DNA of 64,000 bases. Origin: Geosiphon pyriformis uo1 (Eukaryota; Fungi; Glomeromycota). The stretch spans positions 186,001-250,000 of the forward strand of contig JAAOMT010000718.1 in NCBI GenBank assembly GCA_016748015.1. Direction: 5' to 3'. Positions 37,934-51,175 of this stretch are shown in pieces. Each line of letters opens with the position of its first letter. Position 1 is the first letter of the stretch. The notes below the pieces were generated by a model that was given only the letters and a program-made list of their open reading frames with translations, had not been told where the DNA came from and made no database searches. The translations under genes were made by a program, and so were the position numbers.

Positions 37934-39319
37934 ATGAATTCAAAAAACTACAATGATCTCAAACAATATTTGGAAACATTAACAATCCCAACAAATTGGT
38001 CTCCAGATGAAAAACATTGATTACAACAACAAGCCAAACAATATTTTCTACACAACAATATTATTTATTACCGAAATTTCAAAAACCCAGACAAACCACT
38101 CAGATTAATACAAGAACAGGAAAAAGAGACTATATTATACAACATGCACTCAGATTCTTCATCAGCCCACTTCGGAAAAGACAGCACCACCCAAAAAACA
38201 CTAAAATACTACTTTTGGTCTCAAATAAAAAAAGACATTCACAAATATGTCGAATCTTGTGATAGTTGTCAAAGAAGAGAAGGAACTCACCCTACAGAAC
38301 CTTTAAACCCAATCAAAGTTGGACAGCCTTTTGACAGAGTTGGTATCAATTTAGTCAGACCACTATCTATCACAAACCAAGAAAACCGCTACATTGCAGT
38401 AGCTGTAGACTATCTCACCAAATGGCCTGAAGCCAGAACCATTCAATGGGCAGATGCAAAATCAGTAGCAAACTTCATCTATGAAGACATCATTTGTAGA
38501 CATAGATGCCCAATAAAACTTTTATCTGATCAAGGAACACATTTTGTGAACAATTTAATCCAAGAAATTTGTGGATGATTTAATGTCAAGAGACCATTAT
38601 CTTTATCCTACCATCCACAAACAAATGGACTGGTAGAATGGTTCAACAGAACATTGTGTGAATCATTAGCCAAAGTTTCAACCAATTTTGAGCAAGAATG
38701 GGATCTCTTTATTCCATCAGTATTACTAGCATATAGGACACTAAAACAAGATACCACAAAACACACACCATTTGATTTAACTTATGGAAGGATGGCAACA
38801 TTACCAATTAGTTTCACAGTAGAAACATACCCAGCACAACTAATCAATGAAAACAATTTATAAGAAATGCTTCAATGAAGAGCCTACACTCTGCTTAGCA
38901 CATTGGAAGGAAAACGACGAATAGCAGCCACCCATATTGAACACTCTCAAGCTCAACAAAAAGAACGGCATGATGACAAATTGCCTCCAGTCATCAATGA
39001 ATTTAAAATTGGAAACAAAGTTCTCTTACACAGAACTAAAGCTAAAAAACAATGGAGTGAAAAATTTGAGAATAAATAGGATGAACCATTCTTTATTCAT
39101 AAAGTTTTAGACAACGGATCATACAAGCTAAGACTTAATGACAAAATTCTAGCAAAAGTTGCACATAGAGATCATTTGAAACACTATAATTCCAAAAACA
39201 ATCCTGAACTATTAATTCCACGAATTGGTACACATTCCCCTTTAATCAATCCTGAAGACATTCCCCGAAATTTAGAACCAATAGTTGTCATTGAACAGCC
39301 TCCCAACTTGAACACTTAA
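37934..39319 (+). pseudogene. Element C stand-alone integrase ORF
   Basis: Starts MNSKNYNDLKQYL. HSDSSSAH...CDSC, LSDQG, NGLVE, tail PEDIPRNLEPI. Different frame from ORF1. Confidence 0.92.
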
Positions 39320-39443
39320 TTTAAATTTATTATTATTATAGTTATCTTCTTATAATTTAGAAACAATCTCACAAAAACAAAACAAAAATAACATAAAAAC
39401 CCATACACCAAAAATAATTTTTTTTATTTTTAAATTGCTTATA

Positions 39444-40162
39444 ATGACTATTCCTTAAAACATTCAACAATTATCCCAAAACTAATATTAGCTTTAAAAA
39501 CAATACCCGAATTATCTATTACTGTTACTGGAAACCACATTAATTATACCCAAACAGAAGTAGTTACAAATTTAGCCCCAAATTCATGAAAATATCACCC
39601 ATATAAGAAGAACACAAGAAGTTATACTGGAATTTACCTGCCAGAACTTTTAAAACTTGCTTTAAGAGAAAATCTAATGCTCATTCTGATTAGTATTCCA
39701 CCAAATACTACAATTCAACAAAGACTTCAACTGTGTTTCAATAAGGAAAACACTGAATATCCTCCAATCTATAGATATTTTCACATTGGAAAAACACTCT
39801 ACAAATGGAAACTGGAATTTACAATAGCAAATCTCACAAAAGAAGCTATTCAGAAACAACTCCACAACAAATTCAAGACAACAGCTGGATCAACAAACAG
39901 TCACTACAGGCTCAGAGCTGCTTTTAGACTTTATGACCTATTCCACACCTGCGAAAACGTACTACAAAACCCAATTTTTCAATCTTTGAAGATTCAATAC
40001 ATTGGAAAGCTCACAGAACTGAAATTTCAACAATTTTCAGACCAAATTTCTTCAATAATTTTGGATTATTATCTGGAAATGACAAACAGTACTTGGATTT
40101 TGATGGAGCTCAGTCTTGAGGAGGAAGTTATGTTACCAGACAAAATTAGAGATATTATTTAG
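39444..40162 (+). pseudogene. Element C ORF3 (unknown function)
   Basis: MTIP*NIQQLSQ start with an early frameshift. The 39677-40162 part has YFHIGKTL...AAFRLYDLFHTC...YIGKLTELKFQ. Confidence 0.8.
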
Positions 40163-41107
40163 CATAAAATTATCTTATAATTCCTATCATTAATTAGCAT
40201 ATATTATCATTTCAAATTATTACTTATTACATTAGCAAAAATGTCCGAAATTATCATTTAATTAATAACCCAAATTGTACACAACACAAATGTAACCTAA
40301 TTGCGATGATCAATCATGCAATATCCTGAACTATGTAACATTCAAAAGTTTGCCGAAATTTGTAGAAATTTGCCAAAATAATTGATAGTTCACCGAAATA
40401 TTTAATAGTTCACAGAAATAACTTGTAGTTTGCCGAAATGTATTTTTAGTTCAGCAAAATTGTAGAAAATAGCAAAGTTCAAGTTCATAGAATAGTGTTA
40501 CGACAAGTTGTATAAAAGAAGAGCTTCTTTCTTCGAGAAAATGTATCTTATTTTAGATTTATCTCTTCAAACTGTTCCTATATACACAAAGAGAAATAAA
40601 TATCAAATAATTCGAAAAAACAAAATTTTTTAAACTATTGCACTTGGAAAATCCTCAAAACCCAACTAATGTTTTGAAATTAATTAGCTACCAATTTCAG
40701 TAAACTGTTAGTGACTTCAGGTCTGGATAGAAAACGTTTTCCTTGATAAAATTTTATTTCTTTTACATTTCTTTTATTTTTTTTTTCTTTTCTTATTACA
40801 ATCATTAGAGTAGCCTACAGACAAGATTTCTGTAGAAGAGTTGACTTTCACAGCAAAGTACACATTTTTAGTGAGCTTTTAGACAAGCAATTCTTGGAAA
40901 AGAGTTGACGTTTACTACAATGTAACTACATAAAGTAACTGGCATGAAATTGGCTATTCCATTTATAAGCCCAGCAGTTCAAATTATAGGAGATAATTTG
41001 AAGATAAATTCAGTTACTGGAGATTTAACTACATCCAGAAAATGTAAATTCACAGCAAACAGACATTAACAACATTTAAGAAAAGAAACCAAAAACCTCT
41101 GGTAATA
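40131..41107 (+). repeat. 3' LTR of element C
   Basis: TGTTACC...GGTAATA ends, preceded by the PPT. Confidence 0.95.
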
Positions 41108-41647
41108 TCGAGCAGGGGGTGGAAAAGAAGAAGGCAAAGAATGAGAAAAAGGTTACAAAAGAAGATACTTAATTCCCGAGCTCAAAGAAATAAAAGAAGC
41201 TTTAGTTCATGGAACCAAACTCCCCGAAACAGAGGAGTGGACACCTGACAATGCCCAGGAATGGAAAGAAAGACTTCCTTCAGCTTATTGGTTCTACAAA
41301 ATTGGAGAACAGCTTGACTTGAAAACATTATACGAAGACCTCAGCCAGAAAACGTTCAACAAAGAAGCAATACAACAAGTAGAAAAATTCGTAGGAAAAA
41401 ACAACCTGACTCTATATTACAAAGCAGCATACCGACTATATGCTGCCTTCCAACATTGTCCAAACATACTACTAAACAGATCTATGAAAACCATAACGGT
41501 TAACAGTATAGGACGAATAACCAATTAACAGTTCAAAGACCTACAAAAGGCAATATTCAAGGCAACAATCAAACATTACATGAATGAAGCCACAATAACA
41601 GATACATACGGTTTCACAGGAGCTCAATTTTAAAAAGAGAGGGATAA

Positions 41648-42719
41648 TGTTACCTGAATAGAAAAACTGATTCAAAGTTATAAAGAAACATGACCAAAAC
41701 GTGACATAACACAGAATAACATGCAATAATATTGGATAACGTGTTATAACACAGGATAATACAGAATAGTGTACAATAACATAGGATAATGTATTATAAT
41801 ACAGGATAACACAGAATAACATGTAATAACGTCAGATAATGTGTTATAACATAGGATAACTAGCAATAACGTAGAAAAATGAAGCAATAACAGAAACAAC
41901 AAAGCAATAGCTAGCAATAGCGAGACAATTGAAAGCAATCCTGTAAAACCAAAAAAATGTATAAAAGCAAGTAGTTGTAGAAGTGAGAAAAAACAGAGAA
42001 GAAAAAATAGATACAAACCTCTAGACCAGAAATTAAAATATCCATACCTCTTCATCCTTTATTATCTTTCCTATTTCATTTCCTGAAATAAACCAATTAT
42101 TAAAAGAAATCAAAATCACGAATTTATGTTCTTGAACTTTGTGGAATTTACGTGAATTAACTCTTGTTTCATATCTTTGTTTTAGAACAGATGCTCTTAA
42201 CATAACTGCCTCGAATCTATTAACGATTTGGACCAATTGCTCTTGATCATGGCAATTGATAATATTAATTTATCTTTTCTCTCTTTTCTTTTTTTTTCTT
42301 TTTCTTTTTCTTTTTTTTTCTGTCTTATTTTTTGTGGAGTGGCAACATAGTAAAATCGACTGTCTAAGAATAGACTTTGTGATAGTCTGATAAAAGAGGG
42401 AAGCTCTTCCTAAGTTTTGGATATTAACATTATCTTGTTAGCTTACCAGAAGGGCAAAAAGACAATGCCAGACTCTAATAACTGCACTCGTTAGCTTGGA
42501 GAAGAAAGCTCACATTTACGAAAAACGTTGTAATCGACAAAAAACAAACTCTATGTCTTATAACCAAAGAATTCAATGGGTAAAATTCACATCCAAGAAT
42601 AGACCTTCAAAGACTGATAATCAAGACTAAGCTAACAGAATTACGTGGAAGATGCATCATTAATAATTGAAAGCACCAAACGTTACCATTTTCCATACCC
42701 ACCAAGTTTATCTATAACA
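41648..42719 (+). repeat. 3' LTR of element B
   Basis: TGTTACC...ATAACA ends, preceded by the PPT. Confidence 0.95.
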
Positions 42720-45272
42720 GTGGACATCTTTTTGGGTGGCTCCATTGATCAATGCCATTGCTAGATCAAAAATCATTTCAGCATCATAAGGGTAGTGGTA
42801 AAGTTTATTGAAAGCACTGTTGTATGCTGCATCAAATGGTATTCCTCTTCTGACTTTTTCTGAAATTGATAGAGCATATTGACAGGTTTGATTACATACT
42901 CCTCCTCTTATTGCTACATCAATCTAATTGCATTCTTCTGGTAGCATTTCTCCACAAGTAAGGCAAGAAGTTTTGTCCCATTTTCCACTTTTCTTTGGGG
43001 ATCCAAATCGTTCTCTATGGCATGCCTTGCAGAAATAGCAAGTGTGAGTTTCATATTCCTCTTTTGGGGAAATACAGGCTTCCATAGATGAAAGCTTCTT
43101 TTTACAATCTTTGCATTTTAATGGAATGTATGGTGGTTTTTTTTGTAATTCTGGTATAGAATACTGAACCTTCTTCCATCCTCTTGTTTCTCAAAAATTT
43201 CTTGTTCTGTTTCTTCAGTCCAATTGAATGTTGATTCAAGAGTCATGTAAGTTTCAGTAATTGGCATTTCCTTCTCTTTTTCAAATTCAAATACTGGAGC
43301 TTTTTTTGATCATTTGTTAAAGGTACCACAGGTTGCAGATACTATGGTATATTGTCTTTAGTATTGGGGTGCATCCATAATAAGAACTTTAACTAGAATG
43401 GTAATTCCATTAATTGTAAAGAAAAAATCATTAATTTCTCCTACTGGGATCTTCTTTATATCATCAGCTATGACAATAACTGTTTGAGCTGGTCTGTCTA
43501 CATTTCATTTGAGTTGTTGCATCAGCTAGTAAGTGATGATACTTCTAGCAGATGCACTATTTAGGATTAAGCAAATAGATTTTCCTTTTATTGTAGCTTC
43601 TATGTACATAGCAGTAATTGCTTTCTGTTCATTAACTGCTACATTATTCAGCAAGAATGATAATTCATTTGCCTCAAATTCAAATGGAAATATATCTGAC
43701 AAATTGGTGTTTTGGGCAATTTGGATGGAATAGTGTGGTTGGAAGGGTTTGATCTGGATGTTGCAATTTCATCTTTAGAAAGTACAGGTTGTTGAAAATC
43801 CGATTCCTCTGGTATTATAAAATAACTGAGTTGAGTGTGATAGTGATTGGGTCTTTGCTGACCAGAATTTTGGGGAACCAACTGGTTATTTGGATTAATT
43901 TTGTTGTTGTTATTCTAAAATTGATTTTGGGATGTGAATTGGTTATGTTGAACCAATCTTCTTGCTGGTACTTAATATTGTTAAGTGAGTGGTGTTTGAT
44001 ATTGCTGAATTGGTAAAGGTTGCTGATATTGTTGTTGAATTGGTTGTGGAGCTGGTTGATAATAGCTGTTTTGAATTTGTGGTCTCAGTGAATAATAAGT
44101 TGATGGTGGGAGTTGGTAATAAGATTGTTGTGGTAAAGAATAACATTGATTACTCCTGTTTTGTTGGTCTCTTTGTAGTTTCTTGCAATCTTGTTTCCAG
44201 TGTCCTGGAATTCCACAATAGTGACAATTTTAAGGTTGGTTGTTGGATGGTGGTCCAAAGTTGTTTTGGTTGTGTTGCTGTGGTGGTTAATATTTTTGTG
44301 GTTGTTGCTGCTGTTGTTACTGGTTTGTAAAATAGCTTTCAACCTTCTTTGTGAGTTGGTTTATCTTTTCTTCAGCTGCTGAGCTAGTTTCTTCAATAGC
44401 CAAGTTAACAAGTTTGGTGTGGTTTGCTTCTTCCATAGCTATTTCATAATTCTTTGCATGTCTAATGGCAGCTAAGTCTGCTGGAGCATGTAGACAGACT
44501 TTCTTAATCAGTTTGTCTTTTAACTCTGCTATAAATTGATCCAGAATTTGAGCATTGGAATAGTAGTCATTGGTTTCCAATTGTTGAATTCATTTGAGAA
44601 GTTTGTTGAATCTTCCAAGATAGGTCATAACAGTTTCAGATGTTTCTTGCTTAATATTGCGAAAGCAGTTTTTGAGAGTAATAGAAGTGTTGTTGTCAGT
44701 GAATTGTTGTAGAAAAGCATCTTTGAATGCTTGCCAGTTTTCAAATGGTTTTTCTAAGTTTTCGAACCATTCTCCTGCAGTTTTTTGGAGAAAGTATGGA
44801 ATTGCTTTAAGCATTCTTGCTGCATTCCAACCATTTGCATCTTGTGCTTTTTGAACTTTGTTAAGCCATTTTTGAGGACTGGTATCATTATTTTCACCTG
44901 TAAATTCTGGAATCTTTGCAATGTAAGCAGTTGCTATTTTTTCTTCATTTTCTGTGGCTTTTTCTTGTTTTGATTCAGTTTCTTCACTTTCCAAATTTTC
45001 TGAATGATCACTTTCATTTTTCTGCAAGTATTCAATAATATTGGTACTTGTTAATATGGGTTCCTGCTGTTGAATAGGATTTCTAGGTGACTGAAAATCT
45101 TTTGGTCTGGAGAAATGGTTAAGTGGTAAATTTGGTGTTTGTGATTGAGCAAGTAAAATTGAAAATGGTGTAATAAAAAGTGGTAATTTGACATTGGTTC
45201 CCTGTTCAAGTGTTTGCAAGTGTTTGGCAGTTGTCTTTGATAGTATTGGAGTGTTTGGAGTGGTTTTTGTGT
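42720..45272 (-). pseudogene. Element A ORF1 middle part: capsid, CCHC nucleocapsid, aspartic protease, Cys-rich domain
   Basis: AYIAKIPEFTGE...WFENL...QILDQFIAELK (capsid), CHYCGIPGHWKQDC knuckle, LILNSASARSI (degenerate DSG protease motif). Confidence 0.9.
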
Positions 45273-46245
45273 TGTTACCAGTAGAATTTTAGCTATTAAT
45301 TAGCATGAAATTACTTTTATAATTCCTATAATTAATTAGTATATTAATATCATTTCAAATTATTATTTATTATTTAATCAATTATTACATATTACGATTC
45401 AATTAAAAGAATCTAATTAGTATAACAGAAAGTAGAATGATCAAATTACACAATACTTTGAACTTTGTAATATTCTAAAATTCACCGAAATTTACAGAAA
45501 TTTGCCGAAATTATGAATAGTTCACCCAAATTAATCAATAGTTCAGCAAAATAACTTGTAGTTCATCAAAATGTATCTTTAGTTTGCCAAAATTTGAGCA
45601 AAAAAAAAAAGTGCAAGTTTATAGACTAGTACTACAACAAGTTGTATAAAAGAAGAGCTTTTCTTTTCAAAAAAATGTATCTTACTTTAGATTTATTACT
45701 TAGAACCATTTCTATACACACAAAAAGAAATAAATATCAAATAAATTTGAAAAACCAAATTCTTTAATTATTGTACTTGGAAAATTCCCAAAACTCAACT
45801 AACATTTTGAAATTGATTAGCTACCAATTTCAGTAAACTATTAGTAACTCCAGGTCTGAATAGAAAACGTTTCCCTTGATAAAATTTCATTTTTTTTACA
45901 TTTTTTTATTTTTCTTTTATTTTCTTATTACAATTATTAAGGTAGCCTACAAACAAGATTCCTGTAGAAGAGTTGACTTTCACAGCAAAGTAACTACACA
46001 TTTTTTAGTGAGCTTCCAGATGAGCAATTCCTGAGAAAAAGTTGACGTTTCTTACAACGTAACTATACAAAGTAACTGGCACGGAATTAGCCATTTCACT
46101 TATAAGCCCAGCAGTTCAAATTATAGAAGATAATTTGAAAAGGAAATTCAGTTACTGAAGGTTCAACCACATCTAGAAAACGTGAATTCACAACAAACAG
46201 GTATTAACAATATTACAGAAAAGAGACTAAAAACCTCCAGTAACA
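45273..46245 (+). repeat. Solo LTR of the A family inserted antisense into element A; TSD GTGT/GCAT
   Basis: Similar to the reverse complement of 56345-57350. Removing it restores VKQHA|KTTPNTP. Confidence 0.92.
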
Positions 46246-46697
46246 GCATGTTGTTTCACTTTTTGTTTGCCTTTGTTGTCTGTTTCTGTTTCTGATTCAA
46301 AGTCAAAAGAGTATTTAGATTGTACTGGGTATTTTTCTTCACAATACTTGATAATGTTGTAATTAAGTTCTTGAAAGTAGGTGGTATTACAGTTTAAGAA
46401 TTTAGCAAAAAGAATCATAAAAATAATACAAACTATTCAATCATAATATAGCACAGTAATAATCTTAGAAAGGTAATGATTAACATAGTAGCAAACACCA
46501 TCTCGCAATAGTGGCAAGCACCAGTTCACAATAGCAGCCAACACCAATTGGTGATAGCAGCAAACACCAGGTTGAAATATCAAAAAGAAAGTATTTTCTC
46601 GTAGAACTACAAACATGTATATATACAGTAGTTTTAATATTGGGAAATAATCAATCAAGTAATAAAAATCATAACTTATCAAGCAATAGATCTAATT

Positions 46698-47004
46698 NNN
46701 NNNNNNNNNNNNNNNNNNNNNNNNNNNNNNNNNNNNNNNNNNNNNNNNNNNNNNNNNNNNNNNNNNNNNNNNNNNNNNNNNNNNNNNNNNNNNNNNNNNN
46801 NNNNNNNNNNNNNNNNNNNNNNNNNNNNNNNNNNNNNNNNNNNNNNNNNNNNNNNNNNNNNNNNNNNNNNNNNNNNNNNNNNNNNNNNNNNNNNNNNNNN
46901 NNNNNNNNNNNNNNNNNNNNNNNNNNNNNNNNNNNNNNNNNNNNNNNNNNNNNNNNNNNNNNNNNNNNNNNNNNNNNNNNNNNNNNNNNNNNNNNNNNNN
47001 NNNN
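46698..47004. other. Assembly gap (307 N); the true gap is larger
   Basis: Only 313 bp of the 866-bp D LTR precede the gap and coding sequence resumes after it, so more than 550 bp (rest of LTR, PBS) are missing. Confidence 0.95.
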
Positions 47005-49404
47005 GCTGTGCTATTTACACACAAAATCAAAGTGATCTTGGATTACCAGAAGGGTGTTGTCCAGCAGAATCTGCCCTCACTTATTATATCAACGCCAGAA
47101 TAAATTATCATATAGGAAAGGAAGAAGAACCACACGACGCAAAACTTGGATTGTATAGAGAATTATCACAATACACTACAAAAGAAGTAGCAGTAATAGC
47201 CGCAACTATTGTCAAAATCCATCAAGAAATTGAGCAATATGCCAACAAAAATTTTCTAATATCCACAGGAAACACTAGGGAACGTGCCAACAAAACCAAA
47301 GAAAATTTAGAAACTAATCAGGAAAGTAACCAGCAAAAACTAGGAACACCAGCTCAAACACCAAAGAAAACTGTCACTCAATCAATAAAGAAACAATGTA
47401 TTTATTCACCAGAAGATAAATCATACCATTTTTCACTAGAAAATAAGATACAAATTCCATTAGGAGCTGCATCATCATCAACATCAACTCCACAAACGCC
47501 AAGAACTCCTAGTTATATTGATAAAATTAAACAACGTAACTGGGGAGACATACCAATTACAGGAGGATATTCATCACTATTCTAAAACCCTCTTTTTCAG
47601 CCAAAATTTAGAACGGAGTTTGAAAACCAAGAAGAGAAGTCTGAATCAGAATCCGAAAAAGAGACCAGTGAAAAAACAATCACAAGACCAGTCACTGGAA
47701 CAAGCAGCCAGTCTAGAAACCAAGAAACTCATGATCAAGAGGAAGAACCAGATATAAGGGAAGCCACCTTTAGGAACGCTCAAGGAAATATCATCCCACC
47801 TTCTCTTAGACCAATAAACCCACCAGCAGAAAACGGCAATGAAATGACCACACCATACATTGCAAGACTAACAGATTTCTCAGGAGAGAAAGAAGAAACG
47901 GACGTGCACACATGGCTCAGAGAAGCACAAAAAGCCATTCAGGCAAATAACTGGAAGGACCAAAGAGCAATTCAAACATTACTTTTCTTCCTGAAAGGCA
48001 CAGCCGACTCGTGGTATCAAAGTCTGGAAACAAAACCCACGAGCTTCGCCGAATTTAAAAATGCACTCCTGGAGTATTTTAGCGACCCAAACGCCATAAT
48101 CCAACTACAGAATGAATTCAATACTATCAAGCAAAATACTGGTGAAACTGTCATCCAATACCTTGCTCAATTCAATCGAATTTGCCATCAGATTGAAGCG
48201 ATTGAACAAGGATACTACACTGATCCTCAGATTTTAAATCAGTTTATTAGAGGATTAAAAAGCAGTATTTTAGGAAGAGTACGCCCTGCCCACCCTAATT
48301 CCTTACCAGAAGCCGTTACGCTCGCCAGAGCCCTTGAATTGGCTAAGAAAGAAGCTAACCATAGTCAAATGGTTAACATGGTAATGGAGGAAAATAAGAC
48401 AGAAACATTAGAGAAAAGAGTAATACGATTAGGGGAGGAACTCTCTAAGAAAATAGAAAGTTATCTCATCTCGGATCTGAGAAAAAATACATACCAACCA
48501 CCCCAAAGACACAGCCAGGAAGTCAGCGACAGTTGAAATAATCGCTCATCGTGCCAGGAATTCAGAACAGAAACATGCGCCTGCCATTTTTGCAAACGCA
48601 TAGGACATTTGATTAGTCAATGTCAAACGCGAATGATGCAGAAAGCATGCAAAAATAATTACTACGCGCCACCCCAAATGTCCAGAAACCAGTACATGCC
48701 AATACCACGCCAATATCCCACCACGTATCAAAATCAAGGAGCTTACCAGCAACAGCCTATGATAGCCAACCCGAATTGGCATTCTGAAGCCCGAAATCAG
48801 CCCATGTGGAACCAGAACACGTTGGTCCAGAGGAATCCAAACCGCGCCGGAACCAATCAGCAAACCAATCCAAACTACCAAAATTATCAACAAACTTACC
48901 TTAATATACTGGAAAACCTGATCATCGGAAACAATGACGGTAGAAACATAAACAGAACCAAAAATTCCTCCAAATTGAGCCAGACAATACCACCAGCAGT
49001 TGCCACCGAAGATAGCAGCCTCACAGCTATTTTTCCTTTTGAATTAGAGGAAAACGAGGCTATGTTCAGTGGAGCAGCATTGGACGAAAAATGCCCAATC
49101 ACTGCTATGTATACGGAAGCCACTGTAAACAATACCCCAATCAAACTTATCTTAGACAGCGGATCCGCTGGAAGCATCGTAACGCTTTAACTAGTAAACC
49201 AACTGGGTTTCAAAGTTGATCGTGCCGCGACGTCCCAAATCATAACAGCCGATGGAAGTACAAAGCTGCTTCATGGCAAAATCGACTCATTCCCTTTCGA
49301 AATTAACGGCATAGTAATACCTACAAAAGTATTAGTAATGGACGTTACACAATATCAAGCGTTAGTAGGGAATGACTGGCTAACAAAAGCCAATGCCACC
49401 CTAG

Positions 49405-50050
49405 ACTGGACCACCCAAGAGCTTCTGATCAATTATAATGGCCACCAGGCCAAAATTCCAGCCACCTGTGGCCACTTCCAAAAACCCAGTGCCAACCAAA
49501 AACCTACCTTCAAATTTGAGGAAAATCCAGCACTACCAGCCATCGAAACCTATCAGCTCTCTTGGGCTGATGACCAAAGAACAGGACTACTAGCCGTACC
49601 AACGTGGACCAGCGAAGAAAGATCCGAATAGAACCAGGTAAGTTCACGAAGAAACCACCAGCGACGCAGACCAAAGCTAGAATGCTCGGTTTGCAAGAAG
49701 AAACTCTCATCTATGACNNNNNNNNNNNNNNNNNNNNACTGGACCACCCAAGAGCTTCTGATCAATTATAATGGCCACCAGGCCAAAATTCCAGCCACCT
49801 GTGGCCACTTCCAAAAACCCAGTGCCAACCAAAAACCTACCTTCAAATTTGAGGAAAATCCAGCACTACCAGCCATCGAAACCTATCAGCTCTCTTGGGC
49901 TGATGACCAAAGAACAGGACTACTAGCCGTACCAACGTGGACCAGCGAAGAAAGATCCGAATAGAACCAGGTAAGTTCACGAAGAAACCACCAGCGACGC
50001 AGACCAAAGCTAGAATGCTCGGTTTGCAAGAAGAAACTCTCATCTATGAC
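49405..50050. other. 20-N gap (49718-49737) flanked by an exact 313-bp duplication; unmerged contig overlap
   Basis: 49405-49717 is identical to 49738-50050. Confidence 0.9.
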
Positions 50051-50779
50051 TGCATGCAGCGCACCAGACAAAGACCCAAGAAACCCCACCCACTACTATT
50101 GTAACCGTTGTAACAAAGAAAAATACGGTTATCCAGAAAGACACGGAAAATGGGACGAGGAACCGTGCCTCGCTTGTGGAGAACCATTACCAAGAGGGTG
50201 CGACTGGAATGACTTACCAGGCAGAGAAAGAACGTGTGACGCAACTTGCCAATACACGATCCTCATCTGTGACTGGGTAAGAGGAGGAACGCTGTTTGAA
50301 GCAGCGTTCAACAGAGCGTTAAAAAGACTACAGCACTACCCACACGACAAGGACGAGTTGTATAACACCGCACAAGCCAAAGTAAGAGGAGGAACTGCTG
50401 AAGAAATACGACGTTGGAAAGAGTCAGCCGAAGTAGCCGACGAAGTTGCCAGTTACAACATGTTCGACTCAGTGGACGAATTCCAGGACTACTACTAACA
50501 ACTATGCCCCACTCGACAAGAGCAAGAACAATACCTCGCCCAAATCAACACTTACCTCTGCAAAAACTGTCTCATCCCGTGCCAAAGTCAGTGCTGTGAA
50601 GAGTGTCAAGACGAAAGGGACTTAGAAAGAAAAATGGAAATTGAGAATCAGCAGTCTCAAAATCAATCAATAAATCAACAAGACTTACCTGACGGTCCCA
50701 AGTCAGAAAAATTTGTAGCCTATACTGACCTAGAACAGGTGACCAACATCCGATACTTCGACAACGGGCACTTAGGAAT

Positions 50780-51175
50780 AATACCCGAAAGAGCCCATCC
50801 AACTGACGCTGGATTTGATCTACGTTATCCAGAAGACCAATCCACAACGTTACCACCCAGAAGCATCACCAAAATCGACCTAAAAATAGTGGTTGAAATT
50901 CCGCCAGGAATAATGGTTCAAATGGTGTCGTGATCAAGCCTCATGAAAAAAGGAATAAGCGTTCAAGGAGGAGTAATTGACTCCGGATACACTGGAAATT
51001 TGATGGTTTTGCTACAGAACAATTCGGAAAAGCCTTATACCATTGAATCTAAGGAAAAGATTGCACAAGCAATTTTCCTACCATTGGTAAAAATTGGGAA
51101 ATTCGTGTCAGTAGAAAATCGTGAGGAATTGTCACAAACAACGAGAGGAACTTTTGGTTTTGGATCGACAGGAAA
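50780..51175 (+). pseudogene. dut: dUTPase domain of element D
   Basis: DAGFDL, S*(R)SS, GGVIDSGYTG, KIAQ, RGTFGFGSTG. Confidence 0.92.

Larger units (their letters stand above)
31236..41107 (+). mobile_element. Ty3/Gypsy element C (uninterrupted, 9.9 kb, close relative of A); TSD TTGG/TCGA
   Basis: LTRs 31236-32217 and 40131-41107. PBS TTTGGTGCTCTC from 32218. PPT GAGGAGGAAG at 40118-40127. Confidence 0.95.
31023..41633 (+). pseudogene. Element B ORF3, split by element C (31023-31235 + 41108-41633)
   Basis: The frame rejoins across C (KNCF-R-AGGGKEEGK). C-terminal part YWFYKIGEQL...AAYRLYAAFQHC...SIGRITN...GAQF*. Confidence 0.85.
22628..42719 (+). mobile_element. Ty3/Gypsy element B (full length, split by C); TSD GCAG/GTGG
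   Basis: LTRs 22628-23719 and 41648-42719. PBS TTTGGTGCTTTCTGTGAGG at 23720-23738. PPT AAAAAGAGAGGGA at ~41632-41644. Confidence 0.95.

Noticed and set aside
46640-47035. ORFs 46640-47035 and 46692-47030
   Set aside because: They are open only because they run through Ns.
49405-50050. Tandem duplication inside element D ORF1
   Set aside because: Exact 313-bp copies flank a 20-N placeholder, typical of an unmerged contig overlap.
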